64,000 bases of DNA from Cyanophora paradoxa CCMP329. Taxonomy: Eukaryota > Plantae > Glaucophyta. The stretch covers positions 124,001 through 188,000 of the forward strand of contig QPMI01000163.1 in assembly GCA_004431415.1 (NCBI GenBank), given 5' to 3'. The first letter of the stretch is position 1. Each line of letters opens with the position of its first letter. Below, one piece after another: positions 1 through 12,087 of the stretch. Under the pieces are notes generated by a model. That model was not told where the DNA came from, made no database searches, and was given only the letters and a program-made list of their open reading frames with translations. Both the position numbers and the translations under genes were made by a program.

Positions 1-380
1 GGGCGCTCGCACTCGCAGAGCTCGCGGCCCTTCTCCAAGATCAACCGAGTGAGCAGGGCCTCCAGCCGCTGGCTCTCGGAGATCTGTAGCACAATATGAT
101 CGATTATCGCCTCGTACTTGTCCGTCTCAATTCCAACACTCAGAATAGAGTCTCGCAGGCCCGATGCAGTTATGTGATTTGATTTGTCTAATGACATAAG
201 CAGTGCCACTGCCTTCTGCTTAGAGGCATGCGGCTTTTTATCTAGACACTTGGCCCAAGTGTCAAAACGCTCTAGCCACACGGCTACATCTGAAGACTGA
301 AGTACAGGAGGCGGGCAGCGATTGAATTGCTGCTCCTGCGCGAAATCCGCGAAAACCTGGGCTAGGGCCGACTCTGCCAT
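1..380 (-). mobile_element. Gag-like ORF of a probable retrotransposon, running off the left edge of the window
   Basis: Intronless open frame from ATG at 380 to position 1: MAESALAQVFADFAQEQQFNRCPPPVLQSSDVAVWLERFDTWAKC...KAVALLMSL. Codon usage is more AT-rich than in host genes. The V-x-W-L-E-R-F pattern resembles retroelement Gag N-termini. No LTR or PBS identified. Confidence 0.45.
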
Positions 381-504
381 GACTGCAGAAAAAACTAAAT
401 CGATATCTGAATCGGAAACTGGAACTGACTGCGAGCTCCGAGGCTCGAGCCGAGGCTCGAAAAGAGGGGCACGAAAGTGCGCCCGCTACGGAGCTGCGTC
501 TTAT

Positions 505-1086
505 CTAGTCTCGGCGGCGCTTAGCCTGGCGCCGCTCCTTCTCAGCGGCCTGCTCCTGTCTCCAGGAAGCAACGATCTCGTCCGCGTCCGGGGAACGCGG
601 TTCTGACTGGAGCTCTGGCGAGACGAGGTCCACGACCGAGTGCTCGCTCGCTTGCGAGGACGGCGTGCCGAAAAGCTCGTACTTCAGCTGCTCGTGAGGC
701 TTCGACGGTCCGGCTGCGGGCTGGAACGTCGGAGCTGCCTCCTGAATGGGCTCGCCGTACGGGCTGGCTGGCGCCGAGTGCGGGTCGCGGCCGCCAGGCC
801 CGGAAACGAGGTTCGCTGCCGGGTGCGGAGTGCCGTTCAGCTGCTCCGGCGACGGCTGGTCGAGGCTGAAGCCGGGCGCGTCCTCCTCGACGCGGGCTTC
901 CTCCTGCGCAGCCGCGGCCACCTGGTCGGCGGCGTGCGCAACAGCCGGGCCGATGTTCTCCGCGATGTTGACGTCGACGGTCGCCGGCTGGAAGGGAGCG
1001 CCGGGACCGTCGCGCGTGAAGAGGTAAAGACCGTAGGTGCGCGTCTCGGTGCGGGTCTCGATGCGCGTCTCGGGCACGAGGGTCAA
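505..1086 (-). CDS. Hypothetical Pro/Ser/Glu-rich ORF upstream of the gag-like ORF (possibly an extra ORF of the same element)
   Basis: 193-codon frame with GC3 bias and a basic C-terminus (ERRQAKRRRD). The true start is unclear. Confidence 0.35.
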   Translation of the reverse strand: MTLVPETRIETRTETRTYGLYLFTRDGPGAPFQPATVDVNIAENIGPAVAHAADQVAAAAQEEARVEEDAPGFSLDQPSPEQLNGTPHPAANLVSGPGGRDPHSAPASPYGEPIQEAAPTFQPAAGPSKPHEQLKYELFGTPSSQASEHSVVDLVSPELQSEPRSPDADEIVASWRQEQAAEKERRQAKRRRD

Positions 1087-2275
1087 CGCAGTGTTCTCGC
1101 TCAGACGCTGGGTCTGGACACTGCGCGACGCCGCGACGACGTGGTCAGGTTCCGCTCTAGGTGCGCGCGCGCAGGTTCTCGCAGGTTCGAGACGATTCTA
1201 TCGCGTCTCCGTCGACACGCGCGCAGCCCAGCGTACGTCGACGTGCTTTCTAGAATGCGTGGGATGCTTATCTTTGTGTTTGGCCGTTCTAGGCGCGCCC
1301 CCCGCGGTCGGGCATGGGTCGGGTCGTACGGCGACGGACCATGAACGCAGATGCCGTACGAAGCAAGGACGGGGTGGCGAACGCCAAGTACATGCGCAAC
1401 AATGGCTCAAGGTCAGCCACACGGGGTCGAGCAAGAGCCGGGTTCGTCTGGAAGCAGGCGAAGGTTCCAGAACCGCGCAGATCCCCATGTTCGATCTTAA
1501 ATGAGGCTCTCCCCAGGCATATTCAGCCTCTAGAGCACTCTAGAACCCTGGTGACTGAGCCCCAGCCTTCACACGCAGAGATACAGACCTGGACAGTCGG
1601 ATTCCCAGACACAGGAGCCCGAGGCACAGACGCCTGGCTCGTAGGCACACGCTGACTCGTGTACATGGCTGCAAGAGGGCTTATATAGGCTAGGCTAGGA
1701 AGCTTCTCGAGGGGCTGGCCGACTGCGGCTAGCCTCGGAATATTCACGAATAACTAGCCCTAGAAGCTTCTCGAACATCTAGCCCTAGCCGCCCTGTCTA
1801 GGGGTACATGATCCTGCGCTTGCTAAGGGTACATGATTCTGTATTACAATGAGTCACGCCCTGATCATGAGTTCGATCACGATCACGAAGCTAGCGCTTC
1901 AAAGCGACCACAACACCGCCCGCCCCCTGGCACGGCGGCGACGCCTCGGAGGCATGCTTGTTCACGCGCCAAGGGCCGTCTGAGCCTGTACCCCCCTCGC
2001 CCCCTCACTTTACGGTACGTACAGAAAATATTTGCGGAAGTCTCTAAAAAACTTTACGCGTAAAAATATACCGTATAGTAAATATTTTCCGTTCTACAGT
2101 AGTGGTACGGTACACTGGTGCTGCACTGCTACGTATACTAGTACGTAGTCTTGCTGTGAGCCTGTGACTGGCCAGTGACTAGCACTGACTACGTATACGT
2201 ATACAAGCTTAAGTGATATCGATGAGTGGATCGGCGTGAGGAGTGGCCGCCGTTATTCAATCCGTCGAATTTTAA

Positions 2276-2424
2276 GCCACGGCAATTCTCAGGGGGTATG
2301 GCTCAACGGCCGCTTTTGTATGGCGAGTCATTGGCGACATAGAAGAAAATCAGAGTTTCGGCAATTTATCGCCACGGCAATTCCGGTTTTGGGCGAATTC
2401 GGCAATTTTTCACCACGGCAATTT
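2276..2424. repeat. Cluster of (CCA)CGGCAATT motifs, probably a transposon subterminal remnant
   Basis: CGGCAATT occurs five times in about 150 bp, three times as CCACGGCAATT. Confidence 0.45.
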
Positions 2425-2622
2425 AAGTGACTAACAGTGACTAACTTGCACTAAGCTTCAAGGCTTTTTTAATTTAAGTTGTCGACGATCATCGGATGTC
2501 CGATTACGGTCGAGTCATTGTCGACGTCGAATTGTCGTTTCCAAGTTGACATGTTCGAATTCCGAAATTAAAGTTCATTGTTCACAGCTCGTACGCGTTC
2601 ACAGGCCCGGCCCGGCCGGCCC

Positions 2623-3143
2623 CAGGGATGGGAAAATTTTTGGGGGTCCCCCGAGGGCCCAAAACTTTTTGCAAAACTTTTTGCCTTGTATGTAAAATTT
2701 TTGCGAAATTTTTAGAAAATTTTTGCCCCGAAAGAATTGAAACCGTCGTCTAAAGCGCTTCAAATCGCGTTCAAACACGTCTTAAACATTGTTTAACTCA
2801 TGTTTATCGATCGCAGGCTTGCGAGAGCTGCTATCTGCGCATTAAACCCGCCTGCTCGTGTTTCAAGGCCAAGTACCCCCCTCCCCAACATGAGCCAGAA
2901 GCTCAAGAACTCGCCTTCCACGCTCAGAATAGCCTCAGATTGCCTTCTATGTCGTTTATATCTTCATTTAACGTCGTCGTAGCCGCCGCAAACGATAAAT
3001 TTCGGAGGATGAGGGGGGGTGGGGTGCAAAACTTTTCCAAAAATTTTGGAGGCCTAGGGCCGAAACGGGGACCAAAAATTTTCTGAAAATTTTTGCAAAA
3101 AGTTTTGCATTCTTTTTCCAAAATTTTTGGGCGGCGAACCCTG
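2623..3143. mobile_element. Non-autonomous hAT-type DNA transposon (MITE)
   Basis: Ends are CAGGGATGG... and ...CGAACCCTG (short imperfect CAGGG TIR). A perfect 8-bp duplication GCCGGCCC sits at 2615-2622 and 3144-3151. Multiple AAAATTTT subterminal repeats occur at both ends, and there is no transposase. Confidence 0.85.
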
Positions 3144-3646
3144 GCCGGCCCCGCGCCGGGGGCCTAGCCGCCTAGGCCTTCAAGTTAAGTTAAATTTAAC
3201 TTTGGCAAGTAAGTAATTTAAAGCTTGTCGATTTCGCTCGTCGTGATTGGTCTGTCACGTGTACGTGAATTTCTGAAAGTTTAATTTGTGGACAATTTAC
3301 ATTGTAGGGACTACGGATTAATTCCGTTCGCGAGCGCCGCGCGCACGCGCAGCGCGCGCGCCCCGTGCGGCGCCGAAAACGTGTGTACTATACGGTACCC
3401 CGGCCCGGCGGATTCCAGCACGCGAACGAAGTGCGCATATGCATGCTGTAGCTGCGCATGCAAGATGGGACCTTAGCAAATGGGGTACAGGTAAATAGTT
3501 CTAGCACGCGAACGAAGTGAACTCTTTCATGGGGTACTTGTTGATATGGGCCTGCTCCTCCATCCCGCGGCCCGTCAAAGCTTCATCGGAATCAAAGCAG
3601 CGCTCGCAGACGTGACACATCTTTGCAGCTTAGCGCACCGCCGCGG

Positions 3647-4159
3647 ATGGAGCGTACAGAGCGCCTGCTGATCCGGCTTCGGGCCGTCTTCGAAGGGCAT
3701 CGCACGCCGTTGACAGTCGCTGGCTCGACGCTGTCCATTTGCGCAGCGATAGCAGGATATAAGGTTTGCTTCAAATCTGGACACATGCAAACTACAGCGC
3801 TCAGAATCAGCGGTAATTGCAGACGAAGATCGGACACGAAGAGAGGCTGCATCGAAGACGTGAGCGCGCGCGCCCCGTCTCCGTCCCTTTCCGTTGAGAC
3901 CCGCCACAGTAGACGAGATCAACCAGCGAATCGAGGCGGGCGCGCTGCAAGCGAAGGAGGCCGAAAAGTACAGCGACTTTGGGGCCAGTCTACGTTACGT
4001 GCGCATTCGCATGCTTCTTTCGGTCACTTTCTCGCGACCTTTCGCTGCAAGCACGAGTCACTGACGTCGACACTAACGCAGGGCCCGCTGGCTTTCATCA
4101 CATGCATGGCGGCTGGGTATGTGGTGGGGCTTAGGCGCGGTCGGTTCGGCAAGACATGA
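3647..4159 (+). CDS. Small hypothetical membrane protein (about 107 aa; two hydrophobic segments around a short coiled coil)
   Basis: Three GT-AG introns join MERTERLL...LSICAAIAGYK / TKIGHEERLHRR / LDEINQRIEAGALQAKEAEKYSDFGASLRY / GPLAFITCMAAGYVVGLRRGRFGKT* in frame. Confidence 0.5.
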   Translation: MERTERLLIRLRAVFEGHRTPLTVAGSTLSICAAIAGYKVCFKSGHMQTTALRISGNCRRRSDTKRGCIEDVSARAPSPSLSVETRHSRRDQPANRGGRAASEGGRKVQRLWGQSTLRAHSHASFGHFLATFRCKHESLTSTLTQGPLAFITCMAAGYVVGLRRGRFGKT

Positions 4160-4645
4160 GCTCGAGCACGTGTGAGCAAGCTCTTCCAGAACGTTCGCTG
4201 GTTGTTGACACGGCAGTCCGGCGGTACCTTCGAAGGCCAACGCTGCAGGCCCGCGAGCCATGGCCACGGTGACCCCGACGCTAGCGCTGTAGCTAGGGCG
4301 GCCCCACGCTAGCTATATAGTGCTGAAGCCAAGCCGAGGCCTTCCTAAGCCTAGGACTGGATCGTATGCTGTTTGCAAATTGTGCGGCTGTGTACACATA
4401 CGAATGCGTTGCTGTCAACTTTCAAGTTTGTCACTCAAGCTCGCTCATCATCACTTAGATGCCAGCACAGTATCATCATCTGACAAGCTATCTTTCGACG
4501 TTCAATTCCAAGCTGCAGCTCTGCCCCTGCAGCTGGGTACCGTAGTACGGGCCGCGACTTGGGGAGGGCATTCACGATTACTGGAGCACTAGGATTAGGA
4601 TTGGGAAGAGCGACCAGGCGACAAATTCGGTCTTGATCCTGGCTC

Positions 4646-5558
4646 TCAGAAAGGCCGGCGCGGCGGGGGAGGCCCCCGAGGCGCGTCCCGATCGCCCCTC
4701 CAGTTCCGGTTCCCCTCGCGGAAGTCCCGCGCATCGCGGGGGTCGCGGGGGTCGCGGGGCCCGTCGCGCGGACCCTCCCGCACTTCCCGTACGATGACGG
4801 CCACGTCTGCACGCCGGCGTCGGCACGGGCGAGGGAGGCGGAGGTCGGGCGGGGGTCACCAAGGTAATCGCCGATCTGGAAGTGAAGGTCCGCAAGAGTC
4901 TTGAAGTCGTCCTGGCCTGCGAGCGCGCTGAGAATGATATACACTGGGATGGCATGAGCGAGGTCCGGACCCTTGCGCGTGGCGTGCGTGAGGCCGACTT
5001 CGCGAAGGACCTGGACTCGCGCGTAAGCGGCGGGGGAGTAGGCGCAAACGCTGCTCACATTCTTGCCGCTGCGGTCAGGGTATACAAAGGCGAACGAGAG
5101 CTCGGCGTCCCTCCTACGCGCGGTTTCGTTGACCTGCGACGCCCGTCAGTACGACGACCACGCACGCGCTAGCTATCGGCGCGCCTCCTTGATGAGGTCT
5201 GTGAGCTCTCGAAGAGTCGCATCCATCCATGTGTAGATCTGCAGCTCGTCCGCTGGCAGAGAGTTCCGGTTCGCGTACTCCTGACATGCGCGGTGAGGGC
5301 AATGCTCGATGCATTCCGCCGAGCACGCTGCCGGCGCAGAACGATACAAACCTCGACGCGGTGATGCTTTCCGCTGACCGGGAAGACCCGCAGCAGCAGT
5401 GGGCAGACCTGCGGGCACAGTGCAGGTAAGCTCGGTCATCGCGACATCGGGACCTCGAACCGCACTTTTTCGCGGTCGATCTCCGGCTTTCGGCCCTTAA
5501 AACCTCCCTTCGGACCTGCGTCCTTCGCCGCCCCGGCGTCTACCTCCATCGCGCTCAT
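4646..5558 (-). CDS. SAP18: Sin3-associated polypeptide SAP18 (HDAC/ASAP complex), 7 exons
   Basis: IDREKVCPLLLRVF, ELQIYTWMDATLRELTDLIKEV, LSFAFVYPD and DDFKTLADLHFQIGDYLDVAV, followed by an RD/RG-rich tail. Confidence 0.95.
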
Positions 5559-5766
5559 CGCTGATGTTGAGGTCGACGAGTGAGAGTTCCGATATATACC
5601 TTTGCAGTTCGTCTCAGAATGATGGCGGTTCTGCAGCTGGTGGCTGATGGCGACCGTCGGTACCCACGCCGCGCACCCCCCCCCCCCCCCCTTGGACGTT
5701 ACGTTGTTCCTGCCTCGCAGGCGACCTGGCAAACGCCTAGCGTACATTCAGCCGGCTCTCACGACA

Positions 5767-8700
5767 ATGCCCGCCGCTGGTGCTGGTGGACTGAGCCTGG
5801 TGGAGTTCTTGTCGTCGAACGTTCTGATAGAGATATTCAAGCACCTGCCGAAGGTCAGAGGGCGTGAACGTATACGGCCAGAAGCACTGCAGGGCGAGCG
5901 TTCTGAGAACCGCCGCAGGGGGACCTGCTACGCGCGGTCGGGAAGGTTTGTCGGAGGTGGCGCTCGGCTTCCCTCGCGCCGGAGCTGTGGGCGGAGCTGA
6001 CGGTGGCCGACGATACGGGCGGCGCGTCGGCGCGGTACGGAGCGAGCGGCTTCTTTTCGGTGCCGCTCGCCTCCGCCGCGGGGCTCCTTTCCTCTCTACG
6101 GCGTGACGGCGTCACGGCTCTCGACGTCTCCCTGTGCGCCTTCCCCTCCGTCGCTCTCGAGATGCTGCTCGTGCGTATGCGCCCCGGCCGCCTGGATAGC
6201 TTAGATGGCCGTACGCGCGTGCCGTGTGCAGCCCGTCTGGATAGCTTAGACGGCCCGCAGCCGCTCCTGCCGGCGCTGGCGGTCGTCTCTTTGCCGAGCC
6301 CCGGCGGGGGCAGCTCGGCGCGCACCCTCGAGCTGCTGGCGGAGCACGCGCCGGGCATCGCCAGCCTCACCCTCGGCCGCGCCGCCGACACCGCCGGCCC
6401 CGCCTGGTCCTCCCCCTTCGCCGCCGCCGTGCGTACGCGCCGCGCCGCCGCGCCGGCCGGGGGCTCGCGCCGCCGACGCGGGGCGGGGCGGGCAGCTGGG
6501 GCGGCTGCGGCGGCTGGAGTCGGTGCGGGTGCTGTGCCCCGTGCCCCTCGAATCGCTGCTCCTCGCGCGGGGCGCCGGCTGGCGCGCGCTGCTCGTCCGC
6601 GCCGCCGCCGCCGGGGCCGGCCCGGGGCGGGGGCGGGAGCCCCTGGCGGCCCTCGCCGCCGCCTTCCCCGCCCTGCGCGACCTCGAGCTCCGCCTCGAGG
6701 CCCCCGAGGGCGCCTCCCCGCGCCGCCCCGCCCCCGCCCCGCCGAACCCGACCCCGAGCCCGGCTCCCCAGCGGGGCGCCGGCGGGGCGGGGCGGGTGCC
6801 CGAGCTGCCGGCCCTCCAGCGCCTCTCGCTCTCCGGGGCGCTGCTGGCGGCGGGGGCGCTGGAGGCGCTCGCGGGGCGCCTCGTGCGGCTCGAGGCGGAG
6901 ACGGCGGCCCCGGCGCTGCTCCTCGCCGGCGACGCCCTCGAGTCCCTGCGCCTAGCCGGCCCGCCCCCCGCCCCCCGCCCTCCCTTCGCGCCCCCTTTGA
7001 GGGCGAGCAGGGCCGCGGCTGGAGCGGCTGGCGCTGGGGCGCTGCCCGCGGCTGGCGGCGCTGCACGTGTCGGGGCACCCGGGGCGCGAGCTGCGGGTGG
7101 CGCTCGCGGAGCCCCTCCCCGCCCTCGCCGAGCTGGAGGTGCCGCTGGGGCGGGTGGCGCGGCTGGTGCTGCCCCCGGGGCGCCCCGCCTCCGCCTACGC
7201 GTAATAAGGGTAGCCGCCCTCACCGACGACCTCCTCGCGGCCCTCGACCCGGCCCGCCCCGCCCCGCCCCGCCCGCCGGGCCGCCGGCTCTGAGGCGGAG
7301 GCGGCAGGGGCGCTGCGGGAGCTCGAGGTCCGCGGGGGCGCCGCCCTCCTCTCCACCTCCCTCCTCCACGCCCGCGTGCCCGCCCCCGCCCGCCCGCCCC
7401 GCCCGCCCGCCCCGCCGGTCCGAGGGCCCCGGGCGGGCAGCACGTGGCGGCCCTCCCCGCCTTCGAGCTCCTCGACTCGCTCACCATCACCCGGCGCGCC
7501 CCGCCCCCGCCCCGCCCCCGCCCCCGCCCCGCCGATGCCGGGCGCAGGGCGGCGCTGGAGGCGGCCTCGCTGAGCGTGCGGCACGGGCACCTGCACCGCC
7601 TGCGCCTCGAGAACTGCTGCGCATCCGCCCCCGCGACGGCCCGCACGAGCGCGGGGGCCCTCCCCGCGCGCGTCCTGGCGCGCCTCGAGATACGCTGCCC
7701 CAACCTCCGTTCCCTCCAGCTCCGCCTCGGCGGCGGCCCCCGCGCCCCGCGCCCCGGCCCCGCCTCCTCCTCCTCCTCCGAGGACGACGATGGCGAGGAC
7801 GAGGGCGGGGGCGTCGACGCCGCGCTCCCCGAGGAGGAGGGGGCGGGCGGGGGCGCCCCCGCCCGCCTCCGCCCCGGCCTCGAGACCCTCGTCCCCGCCC
7901 CGGCCCTCTTCGCCTCCGCCCTGGGTGCGCCGGCCCCGCGCCGGGCGCCCCGGGGCCGGCTGGGGCGGCGGGGCCTGAGGGGCGGGCAGTGGAGTGCGGG
8001 GGCTGGAGGGGGCGGAGCTGGAGGGGCTCCCCTTCGCGGACGACCTCTGGCTCGCCGCCTTCCTCGCCCGCCACCCGCGCCTCCGCTCCCTCGCCCTCGC
8101 CGCCCTGCCCCTCCGCACCCCGCTCCTCCCCGCCCGGCCCGCCCCGCCCGCCCCCCGCCCCCGCCCGCCCCTCACGCCGGCGCAGTACCTGCGGGAGCTC
8201 ACCCTGCGCGGCTGCTCCCGCCTCGTCGGGTGCGCCCCGGCCCCCGAGCCTGCAGGGCAGCGGGGCGGACGGGGCGGGGCGCAGGGCGTGCCTCTCGACG
8301 CCCCGGCTGCGGGCGCTGCGGCTGGTGGCGCTGCCGCTCTTCGCCCCCGAGCTGCTCGCGACGCTGCGGGAGGCGGCGCCGCGGCTGCGCGAGCTCGAGG
8401 CGGCGCAGCTCGACGCCCCCCGCGAGGCCGCCCTCCGCTGCCCCGCCCCGCTCCGCGTCCGCACCCCCGCCCCGCCTGGCCCCGCCCGAGTGCGGCGGAG
8501 GCTGACGGGGCGGGGGGCAGACGGTGGCGGTGAGCGACGCGCCGCGGCTGCAGCGGGTGCGGGTGGAGGGCGGATGGGCGCTGCGGGAGGTCCGCCTCGA
8601 GGGCCTCCCCGCCCTCCGCGCCGCCGACCTCGAGCTCCCGCACCACTGCCGCCTCGCCACCGCCGGTCCCGCCCCGCCCCGCCCCGCTCCGCCCCCGCCC

Positions 8701-9021
8701 CGCCCGCCCTCCACTCCTCGCTGAGGCGCAACGCGGCCAGACATTCCCGAGACGGCCAAGGTCGTGCGCTCCTGGAGCCGCCTGCGGAGCGCCCTGCACG
8801 GGGCCGAGGCGCGCGCCCCCGCCGGAGCGGCGGAGGCGGAGGCGGGGCCGGCGGGGGCCGGGGGCGGGCTGGAGGCCTTCGCGTGCCTGCGGGGCTGCCT
8901 GGGGAGCCGGCCCCTGGGGCCCCCGGGCTCCGGGGAGGTCAAGGGCCTCCCTCCGGCCCCCGCCCCCGCCCCGGCCCCGGAGGCGCCCCCCGACACCGGC
9001 CACCACTGCATTCTCGCGTAG
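5767..9021 (+). CDS. F-box/leucine-rich-repeat protein, multi-exon
   Basis: N-terminal F-box-like LVEFLSSNVLIEIFKHLP, followed by many LxxLxL repeats (FPALRDLELRL, CPNLRSLQLRL, HPRLRSLAL, APRLQRVRV). Exon boundaries are approximate. Confidence 0.7.
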
Positions 9022-9851
9022 CACCCCGCCAGCTGTCTGCAACGCACCATCCCGTAGCGTGCCCCGGGGGCAATGCACCGTCAGCACACCTCGGGCTTCA
9101 AAGGCTTGCAGCCTTATCCCGCCTGCGCCAGCACCTGCCAGGATGAGGGCCGCGGGCCGCAGGGCCATCGATGTCAGAGTCCGGGAAGGTCCCGGTCGTG
9201 GCCATGGTTTCGAGTTTTGCCATGCCATGATGCCATGATGCGACGCGGCAATGCCATGATGCACTGCGGCATGCCGCAGTGCCACAGGGCCACTTGGCCC
9301 AGTGGCCGGCCGTCATGACCACGGCGTGTTGCCTGATGCAGTGCCGCATCATGGAATTGCGGCAGCGGCTGACGTCGACCGCCGGCCCCCGGGCCCGGGG
9401 CCCGGGCAGTGCCGCAGCCTTTCAAAGTGTTTTCGAACTTTCGGAATTCGAATTCGAAGCTCCGACGACGCCGTGTGTGACGGCGAAGGGCAACTTGGCG
9501 AGGCTTCTTAAGCTCGCAAGTCAATAATTTTTGGAGTCTTGAAGCCTCGGAGCCGCTGAGCCTGCGACCCGGGCCGGAGCCTTGAATTAACTCACAGAGT
9601 CAGTGAATTGAAGCTCAGCGGCTGCCGCACTGCCAGCCCCCCGGCGGCCCCCCCGGGCCCAGGGCCCCGCCCTCGAGTCATGATCATGATCAACTGGCAA
9701 ATGCAAATCGCGATCGGCCCCGGCGGGCCGCGCACTGTTGCGAGGCTTCCCTGTCGCGCTCCCGGCCCCCAGAGACTCGCTCATGATGAATTAGTGATCA
9801 TGAGTTCTGGAGGCTTCCGCCAGGCCTCCGATTGGGATCGCGCTCGGGCGG

Positions 9852-11950
9852 CTACGGGAGGGGCGGGGCGCGGGGCGGGGCCGGGGCGGGGGCGCCTCCC
9901 GCGGGGCCGCCCTCAAGGCGGAGGGCCCCCGCGGGGGCGAGGCGGGCCTCGCGGAGGGCCGGGCAGTTGGCGACCTGCACGCGCCCCCGCGCCCCCGGCC
10001 CCGTCGCCACCACCGCCAGCGCCTCCAGCCGCGGGCAGTCCTGCCCCACGCCCGCCTCGCGCCCGGCGGGGCGGGGCGGGCGGGGCGGGCGGGGCGGGGC
10101 GGGGCGGGGCGGGGCGTGCGGGGCGCACGCGGACGAGGGTGCCGTCAGGGGAGGGGAGGAGGAGCCAGAGGGAGCGCAGCGCCTCGCACGCCTCGATCCG
10201 CACGGGCCCCCCGAGGCGCCCCCGCCCAGCCGCCCCGCCCTGCGCCCCGTCAGCGCAGCGCGCGCGCAGGGCGGGGCGGCAGAGGCGGACCCCGAGAAGG
10301 GGTTCGGGGGCGGGGGCGGGCCGGCGGGGGCGGAGGCGGGGCGGGGGCCGGGGCCCGGGGCAGGAGGAGCGGACGAGGAGGTGCTGCATGGCGGGCATGG
10401 CGGCGAGGCGGCGGAGGGAGTGGGCGCTGAAGTGGCTCTGGTGCACGTGCAGCCGGCGCAGCCGCCGCAGCTGCACGATCTCCCGCACCGCGTGATCCTG
10501 CACCGCCCTGCGCTCCCCCGCCCGCCGCGCTCAGGGGGCGCCGGGGCGGGGCGCGAGGGGGCGGGCGGGGGCGCGGGCCCGTCGAGTGAGAGCTCAGTGA
10601 GGGCGGGGTTGGTGAGGGCGAGCTGCCCGCAGAGCAGCACGCCGTCGTCCCCGCGCGCCGTCGACGAGACGTGCACCGGCGCGTGCAGCACGCGCAGCAG
10701 CGGCAGCCGCCGCACCAGCTGCCCCGCCGCCTTGGGCCGGCCCCGCTCGCAGGGGCGCTGGCGGGGCGCACCTCGCAGAGCTCCCGCTCGTTGACGAGGG
10801 CGTTGACGACGAGGGCCGTCAGCAGGCACGGCCGCGGCAGCGCCGCCCGCAGCTCCAGCACGGCGAACGCCAGCCGCTCCGTCGGCCACTCGCACGGCAC
10901 GCACGCCGCCGCCGCCGCCGCCTCCCCCGCCCCCTCCAGCGCCATCCCCTCCCGCCGGCCCTCCTCCCCGAGGCAGCCACCGCCGTGGAACCAAGCGCGG
11001 TGGCCCTCCGGCACCGGTAGCGCCGCCCGCAGCGCCCTCGCGGGGGCGGGCACGCGCCGGCGCCCGAGACCTGCTCCCGCGGGCTGCCCGGCGGAGCGGG
11101 CGCGGCGGGCTGAGCAGGGGCGGGAGCCGGGCACGGGGAGGGAGCGGCCGCCGACGAGGGGCCCGTCGCCGGGTACGAGCTCCTCGGCGCAGCGCGGGAG
11201 GCGGCCGAAGCGGAGGGAGCGGATGCGCGGCCATCCGCGCAGCAGCGCGCGCACCGCCGCCGCGAACTCCTCCGCCGCCGCCTTCTCCGGCCGCACCGGC
11301 GCGCAGACGGCGTCCGGGGCGCAGCGGTGCGCGCGCGCGACCTCCAGGCCTACGGGCTGGAGCCTGCGCGCGGGGGGCGCGTCCCGCACGGGAGCGCAGG
11401 GGCGGGGCGGGTGCGGTGGCGTGCGCACGGGAAGACGACCTCCTCCACGCTCGGAGCGAGGGAGACGATGGCGCGCGCGTCCTCCTCGCCGAAGGGCGCG
11501 CAGCACGCCGTCAAGTCGAGCCGCCGCACGGACCCCGCGTCCAGCCGCCCCAGCGCGCAGCGGAGGAAGCTGAAGGGGAACGGCCTCCCGCGGAACGAGA
11601 GCGTCTGCCAGTCCGCCGCGTACACGAGGCTGCGGCGCGTGCACGTGGTTTTGGTTCTCGCGGCCGCGGATCTGTTTTCGCGCCAGGCGAGCTCACCGCC
11701 GCCATGCTCTACACACGAGGGACGTAGTTGTCAACAATTCAAAAGGATCGATACACGCGAGAATTTGCCGGCAGAGCTCGGCCGGCAGCTGCTCCAGGCT
11801 GCTGGGGACGGCCGCCGCGTCGCCGCAGCTGCCGCCCGAGGCGTCGGAGCACCGGCCCGCGTACGCCGCGCCGGCGTCATTGCCGCCGCCGCCGCAGCCG
11901 CCGCCGCCGCCGCCGCAAGCAGCGCCCGCGCGGAACGGCACAGTCGACAT
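9852..11950 (-). CDS. F-box/leucine-rich-repeat protein, multi-exon
   Basis: F-box SLEQLPAELCRQILACIDPFELLTTTSLVCRAWRR, then LRR units (VRRLDLTAC, WPRIRSLRF, NPALTELSL, CPRLEALAV, CPALREARL). Confidence 0.8.
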
Positions 11951-12087
11951 GCAGCGCCCGCGCGGACCGTCACAGTCGACACCGAGCAGCTGGCAACACC
12001 AAGGAAGCGGCTGCGGCAGCGCCGGCGTTGACGTTGCAGAGAATACCAAGCTTAGGGGGGAACCACTTTGCGACGGATACCGCAAAA

